From assembly GCF_009914755.1 (NCBI RefSeq), contig NC_060927.1: a DNA stretch of 64,000 nt; one strand, written 5' to 3'. Made by a program: the position numbers and the translations under genes. How positions within the stretch are numbered: position 1 is the stretch's first letter; every line of letters begins with the position of its first letter. The DNA is from the human T2T-CHM13v2.0 reference genome, Homo sapiens. Of this stretch, positions 44,803 to 61,407 are shown piece after piece. The notes below the pieces were generated by a model that was not told the origin of the DNA, ran no database searches, and saw only the letters and a list, made by a program, of their open reading frames with translations.

Positions 44803-45107
44803 CTTTTTTTTTTTTTTTTTTTTTTAAGAGATGGAGTCTCGCTCTGTCGCCCAGGCTGGAGTACAGTGGCGCGATCTTGGCTCACTGCAAGCTCCACTTC
44901 CCGGGTTCATGCCATTCTCCTGCTCAGACTCCCAAGTAGCTGGGACCACAGGCACCTGCCACCACGCCCAGCAAATTTTTTGTATTTTTAGTAGAGACGG
45001 GGTTTCACTATGTTAGCCAGGATGGTCTCGATCTCCTGACCTCGCGATCCGCCCACCTCGGCCTCCCAAAATGCTGGGATTACAGGCATGAGCCACTGCG
45101 CCCGGCC
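44803..45107 (-). mobile_element. AluY
   Basis: Poly-T; TSD aggtaac(t/c)cctt. Confidence 0.93.
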
Positions 45108-45965
45108 GAGGTAACCCCTTCTAATTGACTGAGGCTGCTCCCCACTCCAGGCCCCTCCCCCCTATTGATTCTGCTGCGGAGAGCAAAGAGGAGCCTGGTA
45201 AGGGAACTGAATCTGCCAGTAACATCAGGAAACCCTGCAGTGGCCGAGGAAACCAGTTAGGAGGGGCTCCAGCTTTGAGGGGAACTCGATTCTGCCAAAC
45301 CAGCCCTCCCCACCTCCAAAGCCCAAAAGAGACAAAGAATGGCACGAGCCCAGCAGAAAGCCAGCCAGGCCCGGGGCACAGAGCTGCCGGGCTGTCTTCT
45401 CTGGTGACACACTTTTTCAGCCCACAGGGCTGGATGACTCCACTAAACAACGCCTACAACCCCAAAGATCCAAGCACTTCGCATTCTGCTGGCTTTTCTA
45501 GGATTCTTGTGAATTAAACAGAAGGTCAGGCTTGCCCATCCCCTTCCCCCTTTCAGATGACAAAACTGATTCTGTTTCCTTCCCTCGCTGTAGGTGTGCA
45601 TAGACAGAGGCAGGCCTGCAGCAGGTGAGACGCAGACTTCTGCAAAGGAAGTGCATCCATCGCCCCATTCACTGAGTGCTAACGTCACGCCCCCCTCAGA
45701 GTCATTGCCCCATTTCTTGTTCATGGAAAACGCTTAAGAAAGGCTCTGCTGGCTCATCTCATTGGCAAGAAAACCAAAGTTAAAGAGGCTGGTCCAGGCC
45801 CTGTGGCTTGTGCCTGCGTGGGAGGAGCAGGTTGTGGCCCAGGGCCTCTGGGACTCTATGCATGTGCTTGGCCCCTGCCCCTCACTGCTCCTCCCAGAGA
45901 CCTGCCTGGGCCAGAGCAGAAGAGCCTCCTGCAGGGACTGGGAAGCTAGAGAGGGCCTCTAATCA

Positions 45966-46196
<231 letters not shown>

Positions 46197-46621
46197 TCAC
46201 CATGGCAACAAGATCCTGGCCCACTGCCAGGCCGTTGGACTCCCATGTGCTCTGCAAGAACAACTCCCACCACCTTCACCAGAAGCTCCGTGCAGGGAAA
46301 AGGACTCATCAAAAGAAAGAGGGGGTGGGGCGTTGGCTTATCCTTAGGAGGCCAGAAGCGAGGTTCATCAGAGGCTGCAGAAGTAATGACAGACCCGAGA
46401 CAGGCCGAGCTCACTTCAGTGTCTGTTCGGACTGGGGATTTGTTGATGACATTACCCAGACTGCAGCGTTAGGAGATGCCACCTAGCAGAGATCTGAGTC
46501 ACGAACTAACATAAGAAAAGGCTACTATGAACACTGACAAGACATGTGGTAGAAAATTATAATAATGATGACAGTGATGATGACAGCCATCATCTACTAA
46601 TATCCCTGGTTTAAAAAAAAA

Positions 46622-46784
46622 TTTTTTTAGAGATAAAGTCTTGCTATGTTGCCCAGGCTGACCACTGTGGCTATTCACAGGCTTAATCATATCACACTGC
46701 AGCCTCAAACTCCTGGGCTCAAGAAATCCTCCTGCCTCAGCCTCCTGAGTAGCTGGGACAACAGGTACCCACCAGCATGCCTGC
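46622..46784 (-). mobile_element. FAM fossil Alu monomer
   Basis: Monomer retaining 7SL-like gtggctattcacagg; flanked by taatatccctg repeats. Confidence 0.75.
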
Positions 46785-47130
46785 TTTAATATCCCTGTTT
46801 GGGTATTTTTTTGAAACTGGATTTAACTCCCAACCTTGATATCTATTTTTGACAGCCCTGTGAAATGTAGTATTATCCTCATGTGAAACTGTAGCCTCGG
46901 AGAGGTAAAATGACCTGCCCAGGGTGACAAAGCCTGTGAGTAGCTAACTAAGAACATGACCTCAGGCCCACCTGACCCCAAAGTCCATGCTCCCATGGGA
47001 AGTGAGAGCTGCCTGAGAAAGAAGCAGCCCTTGGCTTTGTTCTTGACTTGACCCACCTCCCCTTGGCATTGTTCTTGACTTCACCCACCGCTCTCACACC
47101 CCGTGACTTCCATCCCCAGCAAAGACCTGA

Positions 47131-47725
<595 letters not shown>

Positions 47726-47971
47726 TAATCAGGAGCTGACCTAGGTAACAATCTCTGCCTCCCTCTAGAAATCCACAGAAGCAGCATCTCTAACAAATCT
47801 TCCACCTTCTGATGACCTTAAGCCACTAATCAAGTCTACATGTAGCCAGAGGCTGTAGCTCAACTCTGCCAGAATGGGGGGGCCTGCTATGAGTGTGAGG
47901 GCCACTGCACCTTTGGCCTGACGCTGTCCTCAAAAAACAAAAACTTCTCTGAAGTCTCAGAGTTGGAAAGA

Positions 47972-48561
47972 GGGGGTGAAGCAACTTGCCTGAGGCCACA
48001 CAGCTGCACTGAGAGGTTAAGTAACTTGCCAGAGGCAAAACAGCTGCACAAGAGGTTAAGTAACTTGCCTGGGTCACACAGTTACACAGAGGTTAAGTAA
48101 CTTGCCTGAGGCCATGCAGCTGCACAGAGAAACTACACAACTTGCCTGATGTCACACAGCTTCATACAGTGGTTAAGCAACTTGTCTGAGGCCACACGTG
48201 GCACACAGAGGTTGAACTTACCTGAGGCCACACAGCTGCACAGAGAGCTTAAGTAACTTCCTTGAGGCCACACAGCTGCACAGAGAGGTTAAGTCACTTG
48301 CCAGAGGCAAAACAGCTGTACAGAGAGGTTAAATGGCTTGTCAGAGGCAAAGCAGCTGCACAGAGAGGTTAAGTCACTTGCCTGAGGCCACACAGCTGCA
48401 CAGAGGGGTTGAGTAACTTGCCTGAAGCCACACAGCTGCACAGAGAATTTAAGTAACTCGACTGACGCTGCACACAGAGGTTAAGTAACTTGCCTGAGTT
48501 CACACAGCAGCACAGAGAGGTTAAGTAACTTGCCTGAGGTCACACAGCTGCACAGAGAGGT
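47972..48561. repeat. Minisatellite, ~15 x ~40 nt, derived from the MIR core
   Basis: Unit gagaggttaagtaacttgcctgaggccacacagctgcaca. Confidence 0.95.
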
Positions 48562-48574
48562 GGGGGCATCAGTG

Positions 48575-50080
<1,506 letters not shown>

Positions 50081-50335
50081 CATATGTGGCTTACATTATA
50101 TTTTATCGGACAATATTGTTCCAGACTATGAACCCTGAAGCCAGGCACCAAGAGGTACCAAGATAAAGTCTCTACATAGTGATTCCACAGCAGAGGGCCT
50201 GGGCTCCAGTTCTACCCCATAGACCCCAGCCCACTTGTTCTTTCCCTGGCAGCTGAGGAGCTATGACGTGGGGCTTTCCCAGACTTGCTCTGACTTCTTA
50301 GAGATGGCAGAAGCATCACCGACCTTATTCCCCAG

Positions 50336-50772
50336 GACCAGGGCACTCTGATGCTGGCAGACAAGCCCTTCTTCCTGGTGCTGGAGGAAGATGGCACAAC
50401 TGTAGAGACAGAAGAAGAGTCCTCCCTTCCAAGCTCTGGCAGGCAATACAGTGCTCCTGGTCCTCCAGAAGGGGCAGAAATGGGAGCCCCCATCAGAACA
50501 GGTGAGGTCCCACCTGTTGGGGGAGAAAAGTGGGACCCTGGGAGAAGTCTTCAAGGGGTGTAACCATCTGCTTGTCTCAATGCAGGGGATGAGGCACCCA
50601 CTGTCTGTCTCCCATAAGCCTGCCAAGAAGATGGATGTGGCCCGCATAACCTTTGACCTGAACAAGCTGAGCCCACAGGACTTCATCAGCTGCCTGAACG
50701 TGAAGGCGACTTTCTATGATGTGTACTCCATTTCCTATGATCTACACTGCATGAGGCTGAGTGCATGGTGAA
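50336..50772 (+). pseudogene. CIDEC: CIDEC unprocessed pseudogene: exons 50336-50501 and 50586-50772 with 84-nt intron (symbol given is the parent gene)
   Basis: MLADKPFFLVLEEDGTTVETEE, LQKGQKWEPPSEQ|G, HKPAKKMDVARITFDLNKLSPQDFISCLNVKATFY; canonical AG/GT; frameshifted. Confidence 0.92.
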
Positions 50773-51239
50773 GTGAGCAAATTGGGATTTGCTGGGGACA
50801 CCTCCATGGCACCCTCCATCCCATCCTATCTCTTTCCTCATCTGGACTCATCTGATCTGAATTGGTCTTTGATTTGTCTGTGCACTTCCACTAGAGTGTC
50901 AGCTCCTGGAGGACAGGAGTCCCATTAGCCCTGCTCATCCTTGTATCACACCTAGTGACAGCCTGGTATGTCGAGGGTGCTCATTGCATGTTGGTTGAGT
51001 GAGTAGCCGATGGCACCAGGACAAGCAGCAAATCTTGAAGCTGAGGGGAATCCCAAATCCTATCTTCAGACAGAAGTCTGCTCCTTGTTCCTTTCTGGGA
51101 TGGGTGAAATGCGGCCTGGGGAGGAGGTGGTGGGAGAGGGAAAAATGCCTCCGTGGATTCTGTTACACAGAAGCCAGTGGGTATACTATCTCCCACCAAA
51201 ACAGGGGAGCAGCTCCAAGTATCCCTGGCAACAGCAGCC

Positions 51240-51560
51240 ACATGACCTCAACCTCGCCAATCAGAAGAACCCAACCTACACAGCCACAGTGATTGGCTAA
51301 CACCTGGACATGTGACCAATCAGGTGGCAAGGGTCAGGACAAGGGTTGGTAGCAGGGGAGAGAAGGTCTATTTCTGTTGGGTGGCTGGGGCTGTGGGTGC
51401 CATCTTGTCACCTTGAAGGGAAAGCCCACCTGAGCACGACATCCACACTGAGGGAAGGACACAGAGTCAGAGGTTGGGAGAGAGTCCAGGTGACATTATT
51501 AAGCACCCACGTGCAGCCAAGGTACAGTTACCCCAGAACATTCTCACTGGGATCCAGGTG
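51240..51560. mobile_element. Old MaLR (MLT1-like) LTR remnant
   Basis: gccaatcag..gtgattgg..catgtgaccaatcagg motif pattern. Confidence 0.4.
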
Positions 51561-52127
51561 GCTGTGAAGGTCACCTAGAGAGGTCAGCAGAGCTCCTCCA
51601 GCCTCTGGAGTTGACAGCTGTGAAGTCGATATAATAAGGGCCCCGAATCACCCAACCTCAATCAGCTCCTTCCAGTGACTGCCATCGTGGGCACTCTACA
51701 CTGAGTCATGTAGCATGCCAGCTGGGGCAGCTACTTCACTACATCCTAGAGCCCCACCAAAAGCAGGAGGAAGAGGCCTGAGGCAAGTTCCGGCAAATAC
51801 TATCTGCCCTACAGTACCACCACCAAAAGAAACATTTCCACAGGAACCTGATGCCCCAGAATGTACTTGTATTTACAAGATGCCAACTACAACATAAAAT
51901 ATCTTTGTCTTTGGCACCAGATTTATGATAGGCTACAAGCTGGACACCTTCTGTGCAACTCCCTGTTATACTGCCCTATGGTGAATGGGTAGAGGTGGAA
52001 TCTGGAGTAATTTTTTACACCACAATAAACAGAACCTTACCATTTGTCAGACCTTTGTGGAGCTGAAGAAACAAATACTGTGTGGCAAATATAAGATACA
52101 GTTGTTCCTTTCTTCAGAAGGAGAAGA

Positions 52128-52551
<424 letters not shown>

Positions 52552-53314
52552 CTACCAGGAGCTGCTCTTTGATCACGAGGTTCACGCTGCATCTTTTCGG
52601 GAAGGTTAAAAAATAATAAATGACCACCAGGATCACAGAAGGAAAGAGCTCGTGATGTCCATGGAATTCACGCAGATCACATCCAGGAATCTTTGGAACA
52701 AAAAATTCACAACACCATGGCCTCATACAAAAATGCTGGGCTGCAGGAAACCTGAGGCAGAGAGCTCCATCATCACAGTGAAGTCCCCGCCTTCAGCAGA
52801 TCCCACCAACAGCCACAGTGCTTCCCATCACCTGAAAAAAACTCATGTATCAAACTATTACACTTCTTCAGAATATTGGAAAATGGTGCATAGTTCATAT
52901 GTTCTCATTTGTTTATCTTGTGTCCAAAGTGTCTTGTCATTCCAGGCCACTCTATTTCTTGTGTATTAATAAAAAGTTTGAGGTATAATAAGGCCTGCAG
53001 ATCAGATGAGTAAAACTGAAGATAGTCACAGTTCCCAGAAGGAAGGCAGGGCCACACAGGAAGCAGCAGGGTCCGTCAGGAGGCAGAGGGAGGGGTACTC
53101 TGAGCAAGCACCTTTCCTGTGCTGCCTACAGGGAGAAGAGTGAGGGGCAATGAGCAAGCTTAGGAGAGGGCAGTTCCAATCATTCCAGTCCATAGGGGTC
53201 TGGTTCCTGTCACTGAGGTGATTAGGGCAGTAGGATAATGGTCCCAGTGTGACAGCCCACAGGGGAAGTGTCTGGGGTGCGGACACTGGATTGGTTGGTT
53301 TGTATTTGAAAAGT

Positions 53315-53605
53315 GGGTTGGGTACAGTGGCGCACAACTGTGATCCCATCACTTTGCGAGGCCAGGAGCTCAAGACCAGCCTGGGCAACATAGTGAGATC
53401 CCACCTCAACAAAAACTTGAAAATGAAAAAATTAGCCAGGCAGGATAGCACACACCTGTAGTCCCAGCTACTTGGGAGGCTGAGGCAGGAAGATCACTTA
53501 AACCCAGGATTCGAGGCTGCAGTAAGCTCTGATCACGCCACTGCACTCCAGCCTGAATGACAGGAGACCCTGTCTCTCTCTTGAAAAAGAAAAATAAAAA
53601 AGAAA
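53315..53605 (+). mobile_element. AluJ
   Basis: gaggccaggagctcaagaccagcctgggcaac. Confidence 0.88.
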
Positions 53606-53739
53606 AGTGTACCCTTCGGAGGAAGATTGCTCTGGGGAAGAAGGTGACGTGGGAGATAAGGGGCCAAGGCAAGGTGACTTGGCATATCATGAGGTTGTTC
53701 AGAACATGACGTCCCGCGTATACGTAGAGGGCAGGTGTT

Positions 53740-55450
53740 AAAGCTCCAAGTTCACAGAAGCTAGAAACTTGGCCAAGGCCAGGGCTCAGTACAGTGTCAC
53801 CTCCTCAGAGAAGCCTTTTCTGCCTATGCCATCTACAGTGAGAGCCTCCCCTGTGCACATGTCGCTAGCCGTTCCCACTTCATCCCTTCATGACATTCGG
53901 GGCCTGTCCCCCTCAGCTCAGCATCCTTCTGGGCCTCCCACCTCACCCAGAGTAAAAGTCCTCAGAGCAGCCCCAAGGCCTGCAGGACCTGGGCCCCCTG
54001 ACGTCCTAGGTCTCCTCTCCCACCACTGCCCTTCTCTCAGGCCACTCCAGCCCCATCTCTGCTGTCCTGGTTTCCCTGAGCCCTGCTTCGCTCTCTGCGG
54101 TGTTTCCCTCTGCCACCACACTGAGCAATACTCTGTTTGTCTCTCCTGCACAGTACCAGCAACAAGGAGCAGCTGGTTTTGTTTTTTTTTCTAAATTCCT
54201 GCTTTTGTCTACAGCCTAGATCATGGCTGAGCACATAATAGGGGTCAATAAATAGTAAAGGAGCAATTCTTCTCACCACCTGATACGTGTTTGTGCTCTC
54301 CAGTATCTACTCCTTCAGTGCACATTCACTGAGACCCCACTGCATGCTGGGCCTGTTCCAGAAACCAAGGCACACCAAGGGGAGAAGCAGGCAGAAGTCT
54401 CCATTCTGATGGGCTGACAGCCTAGTAGGAAAGAAAGAGAAAAAAATAAGGAAACAATACACAGGCAGGTGATGACATGTACCATGAAGGAAGACAAAGT
54501 CAGGACGTTTCTGAGAATGCCTGAAGGCATTTAGAGAACAACTAACGCAATGGGCAGAGTGTTCCAGATGGAGAGAATGCCAAGCGCAAAGGCCCTGGGG
54601 CCACGATGGACTCCATGTTTGAGTGTTTAGTCTGGATTCCTGGTTTTAAGTCTGTATTCAGCCTTTATTTCTAATCCTTCATGTTTCATCTTACCTAATT
54701 AACCCAAGTCCCAGTAATGCTGAGAGATGACACTGGCTTGACCCAATGTAGTATCAGAGGAGGGGCCTAAAAGTGGTCATTCTCAATATAACTAACTTGA
54801 AGGCAGAGAGCACTGGACTTGCTGCTCAATTGGATGTTGACTAGGAGAATAAGAGGGGACACAAGTGACCGCATATGTTCGGTCTGAACAAGTGGAATAA
54901 GAGTCGCCATTAACTAGATAAAGAACACTTGTGGGAAAACAGGACTGGGTGGGATGGGGAACTCAGATTTGCATATGCCACTTTTAGATGCCTATTAGAT
55001 CTCTATATGGAGCTTTTGAGTACAAAGACAGATATAAAAACTAGAGTTGAGGGGAAAATCTGCGCTGCAAGAGAAATGTGAGCCATCAGGATATTGATGG
55101 TAGTTAAAGTCAGGACACTAAATTAGGTCATCCACGGGATGGTTGTAGAGGAAAAGAAATGTCCACATTCTGAGCCATAGACAACTCCAACTGTGCTAGT
55201 GAAAAACATGGCCAGTGTTTAGCAGTTGAGGAGCCAAGAAGGAACCAGCAATGGACACAGAAGTATCAGCCAGTGAAGTATTTAGAACATTCAGAGTATA
55301 GTGAGAATTGTGATTCAGAAACCAGAGAACAAAGTGTGTCAACAGGGTGGAAGGATGAACGGTGTCAGATGCCAAAGATGGGCCAAGTAGGATGAGGTCT
55401 GAGAACAGATCACATGATTTGACAACAGAGAGGTCACTACTGACTTCCAT
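53740..55450. mobile_element. L2 fragments
   Basis: cacctcctcagagaagcctt, gttccagatggagagaatgccaagcgcaaaggccctg, gaggtcactactgac motifs. Confidence 0.65.
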
Positions 55451-56610
55451 GGCCATTAGGGACAAACGCCTGAATGGTAAGGGCTCAAGATCCATTAGAG
55501 AGAACAGTTAATGATGCAGAGAAAGGAAATTACCCTTCAGTAAGTGAGAAGGTCTGGGGTCTAATGAGAGGTTGGTTTTGCCAGGAGCAGACAGTTCATA
55601 GTAACAGAATGTAGATAATGTGGGCACATATGCAGGGGGAGGGGGTAACTGTGCCTGTGAAGTTCTCATCTGACTGCATGGATTTTCCCAGTGGAATGGG
55701 AAGCAAAGCTGACAGCTGAGAGAAAGGGCAGGGCAGGACAGGTGGTGCCAGAGGTTTAAAGATGGAAACAGATCTGAAAGATTTGTGTTCTTTCTTCGCC
55801 ATGCTGCTGGGAGGCAGGAGATCCCAGGATAGAGCACCACACTGCCCCAGGTCCTGGGTAAAAGGGTTTCCCATATGTTAAAGACATAGCTCTGCATTTC
55901 CTAGCAGGGCAAGCTGCTTTTAGTCTGAGTCTTAGCTTCTGCATCTGTAAAGTTGCTTGCTATAAAGGGATCAGCCTGACAACCTCAGAGGAATGTTCCA
56001 AAGAGAAGCCAGGGAATAACTTCTGTGATACAGGATCAGCCAACATTCAGCCAAGCTGAAAACAAGGCACCCCTAGGAAGGGGGAAACGCTACTGTGTTT
56101 ACTCCTATTTTGTAGATGAGCACACTGAGGAACAGGGAGGAAAAGTGACTTGCTCAAGGTCACAAGATCTTCTTGAGCCTGCACTGTCCATGTCCTCTGC
56201 TGCACAGTACCTTCCAATCTCCATGCACTACATATCTCACTGGGCTCTACAACATCTTCAAGTGAGACAAATCACTAGCTCCATTTTAAAGCTGAATGAA
56301 TTGAACCCAAGGCTAAGCCTTTCACCTCTAAGAGGATGGTGTGTTTAATAACCTAGCTGTTACTATTGGCTGGGTTGTGAGACCTGTGGAAGTCACCCTG
56401 CAGCTAGATTTCTGCGGAACCTCAAAGGCGGGGGTAGGGCTAGGGCTCAGCTGGCAAGGAAGCCCACAGGCCACTAGAGGGTGACATGGGAGCGGCATGG
56501 CCTGAGATGTTTAAGAATCAGAGAGGAAGCCTTGCACATTTTGGTGTCAAAACACCGGAGTCGAGGGTCACTCAGTAATCACTCACCTGGGTTTTCCCAA
56601 ATTGTCCTGA
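54705..56610 (-). repeat. Left arm of an inverted duplication (partner 60800-63237)
   Basis: Reverse complement matches ACAD9 intron 1; the ORF track gives near-identical peptides at 55196-55495(-) and 62315-62563(+). Confidence 0.93.
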
Positions 56611-57109
56611 TACGAACGCTTGTCAAAACCGTTTCTGCCCAGGCACTCCCTTTCCTAGCCCCTGCCCCCAAATTAAGTTCTTCCCAAGGGAATGTAAGTG
56701 GAAGGAATCCGTGATTTCTGTCCGGTTTTTAAAAGATGGGATCGTTCTTCGCAGTCTCCTCTTCCCCCAGCTCTAGGCAGAGGCCTCTAGGCCCTTGGGG
56801 ATGGTGGTGTAAGGTGGAAGGGGCAGGTCTTTGCAGCAGCATCTGCAGGAAAGCCTTTCTCCTACCTTTTGATGGTTTGGTGGTCTTTGGCTTGTAAAAT
56901 AATCAGTCCAATCTCAGCCTCAGCTTTAATAGTAAGGGATCAAGCAGTAGTTTCTACTCAATGTTCCTCATACCCAGAGTCAAGGATTCTGCTATGCTAA
57001 CACTAACATTATGGCTAAAGAATGTTCACTTTCTGTTAAGTTATGTTGTGAATCAGTTGTATTGATGTGAGGAGACATTCAGAACTACCATGAGGATATT
57101 TTAAACAGT

Positions 57110-57782
<673 letters not shown>

Positions 57783-58606
57783 CTGAACAGGGGAAACTGT
57801 TTAAAACAACATCATATTTCTCAGAGGCTAATACTTAAATATAAGATGGAAGGATCAAAGTGTAACTATTGTCATTTTTATCACTTGCTGTGCTAAGTGC
57901 TTTCATGTGGATTTACTTAAACCTTTTAAAAGTCCTGTGAGATAAAGGGTATCATACTCATATTTACAGATGAGGAAACTGAATTTAGAAACTAGTATAG
58001 TAGTGAAACAGCAAAACTCTTCTGCTATACTCTATTGGAGCAATTAGAAACTATGCCTTAACATTTTTCTAATTTTTGTTTTGTAAAATTCTGTGCCACT
58101 GGATTTCTCATTTGGTTGATTTAGGGAGACCTGTGTACACTAAACATTTGACACATTAACAGAGTACTTGACTGATTTGACTACATTTGTTTGGCAAAAA
58201 AGTACAGCAGCTCAAAATTGAAACAGTTTTTGCAACATATGTATATTTTTCTTTGTTTTACCTATGGGGATAATTTACAAAGGCAGTTGTTTCCAAATAC
58301 CTTCTTGTGAAGCTGAATGCTAAGCAAGTAAATATCAACCACTGATGAAGAAACCAGGTGAGAGACCTTAGACAAGGTAAAATAATCTGAAAAGATGCCT
58401 GCAAATATTTTGCAGTTTAGACTCTACGCCTTGCAGAGTTTTGAGCTCTTTTTTCTTGATGTTGTGTTAGCAATGTAATCTTTTTTGGTGCTGAGCTTAG
58501 CTTGCTGAGATGAAAGGGATTTCTTTTTCTTCTCAAGGAGTTGACACAATGGAAGCTGGAGGCATTTCCCAACACTGTGGTCAATGCTACAGTCGGGGAA
58601 CAAGCA

Positions 58607-58792
58607 AGTCTCCCCCAAAACAGGGATCGGAGTTTTTAAGGATAATTTGGCGAGTAGGAGCTGGGGAAGTGGGGAGTGCTGACTGGTTGGGTTGGAGATG
58701 GAATGATAGGGGGTTGAAGTGAGTTTTTCTTGCTGTCTTCTGTTCCTAGGTGGGATTGCAAAACTTGTTGAGCCAGATTACCGGTCTGGGTG
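58607..58792 (-). mobile_element. LTR8 internal fragment
   Basis: Reverse complement of 59293-59478. Confidence 0.8.
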
Positions 58793-58929
58793 AAAAAGCA
58801 GAGTGGCATTCTTCCTGGAGGAGCTGGCTGAAGATCTGTAGAGGGCCCATGTGCCACGTTCAGAGCACTGTTGGGCTGTGAGGTGCCAGGCATGCCCTGC
58901 CTCCTACGTGGGCCCCTATGGCCTGGCCT

Positions 58930-59602
58930 TGAAACCGCCACTGCAAAATTATAACCGAGACAATGAAAGAGATCTGACCTAACCAACTCCATCTTGCTTC
59001 TAACCTCCAAGCTGTCCTTGTTCATTCCTGAGCGTAGGCTGAACTAACCTTGGGAAGGAATGAGTTTATAGTTTAACTTCAAAACAAAAATAGCCCTTTC
59101 CCGGGAAAACAACAACAACAACAACAAAAAACAACCTCTTCTTGCCTGGGACCAGTTGGCCTTTGGAGGACTAACAAATTAGCTATAAGATTAGAAATTA
59201 CAGTTTAGAGGCCATACAGCCTTTGGTTGCAAGAGTCTGAACGTCCCCCAAATTGTTCCTGGGAATAACATCACTGTTGTAAAACCTACCAACACCCAGA
59301 CTGGTAATCTGGCTCAACTAGTTCTGCAATCCCATTCAGGAACAGAAGACAGCAAGAAAAACTCACTTCGGCCCCCTATCAGTCCATCTCCAACCCGACC
59401 AATCATGCACCTCCCACTTCCCGAGCTTCTACTCGCCAAATTATCCTTAAAAATTCCGATCCGTTTTTGGGGAGACCGATTTGGCTAATAAAACTCCCTT
59501 TCCAACACACCCGGCTCTGCGTGAATTACTCTCTCTCTATTGCAATTTCCGTCTTGATAAATCAGCTGTCTAGTCAGCGGGCTGTAACCTTGGGCGGTTA
59601 CA
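58930..59602 (+). mobile_element. LTR8 solo LTR
   Basis: tgaaaccgcc..gcaaaattata start, ttgggcggttaca end, aataaa signal, TSD gcct. Confidence 0.9.
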
Positions 59603-60019
59603 GCCTGGCCTGTCCCATCCCATCCAATAGTTCCCATCTCTTCTCAGCTCTCTCTGTAGTTTCTCTTCCTCCGCCTGCCTTTTAAGTTAGTGTTTCCCAG
59701 GACAGAGGTGACTCAGTTGTATCCAGACCGCTCTGTGACTGAACACCCACTTTCTTTTCCTTTTCCAAAAAATATATGTAACATACATGTCAACTAGGAA
59801 CAAAACAGTATCTCAGGAATCCACCATCCAGTTAAAAATGGACCCTTACCCTTACCGTGCCCCTGCAGAGACCCCAATACAGCGCATTTCCCTCATTCTT
59901 TTGCTTTTCTCAAGTTTTACCACGGCCTCGTGGCCACAAGTGACAAAAGAGACAAGTGGAGGCAGCTGAGCCGGCCTTTAGGTTTCTGTACACAGGGAGA
60001 TTTCCCATGGCTGGCATTT

Positions 60020-60690
<671 letters not shown>

Positions 60691-61137
60691 TAACACTCCG
60701 GATTCCTGAGTTCCAGGAAAACCTTCCCAGAGAAAGGGTGAGACATTTCCAAGACGGGGGACCCTTGGAAATGTGGTGGTGACGTGTTCCAGCTAAATTT
60801 TGTCAGGGGAATTCGGAAAACTCTAGGCTAGGTAATTAACAAAGCAGCCTTCATCTCAGCTGGTCTGGTCTGGAAATGTGCGGGGCTTCCTCTCTGATTC
60901 CTAAACAGCTTACACCATGTCCCTCCTCAGTCACCTTCCAGCGCCCTGGGGCTTCCTTCCCCAGGTGAGCCCAGCGCCTCTCCCTGCCATTGAGGTTCCT
61001 CAGAAATCTGGCTCCAAGATGCTTCCCAAGGGTGGCACAACCCAGCCAATAGTAACAGTTTGGTTATAAAACACTCATTGTCTTCTTAGAGTTGGAAGAC
61101 TTGGGTTTGGTCTTGGCTCGTTGACTTTGAAACTCAG

Positions 61138-61407
61138 TTGTTTTTTTTGAGACAGAGTCGCGCTCTTGTCGCCCAGGCTGGAGTGCTCACTGCAACCTCC
61201 CTCCTGGGTTCAAGCGATTCTCCTGCCTCAGCCTCCGGAGTAGCTGGGATTACAGGCGCCTGCCCGGCTTTTTTTTTTTTTGTATTTTTAGCAGAGACGG
61301 GGTTTCACCATGTTGGCCAAGCTGGTCTAGAACTGACCTCGGGTGATCCGCCCACCTCGGCCTCCCACAGTGCTGGGATTACAGGGGTGAGCCACCGCGC
61401 CCGGCCA
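61138..61407 (-). mobile_element. AluS with internal deletions
   Basis: TSD actcagtt; absent from the left arm. Confidence 0.9.

Noticed and set aside
46622-46784. 7SL RNA gene
   Set aside because: Only the Alu-domain monomer with a T-rich tail and flanking repeats; the S domain is absent
47972-48561. CRISPR-like array
   Set aside because: Units are contiguous with no unique spacers, derive from the MIR core, and no cas genes exist in this eukaryotic sequence
54705-55240. Explaining the inverted repeat as two unrelated L2 copies
   Set aside because: Collinear similarity continues through non-L2 sequence to ~56.6 kb, and the core is far too similar for independent L2 insertions
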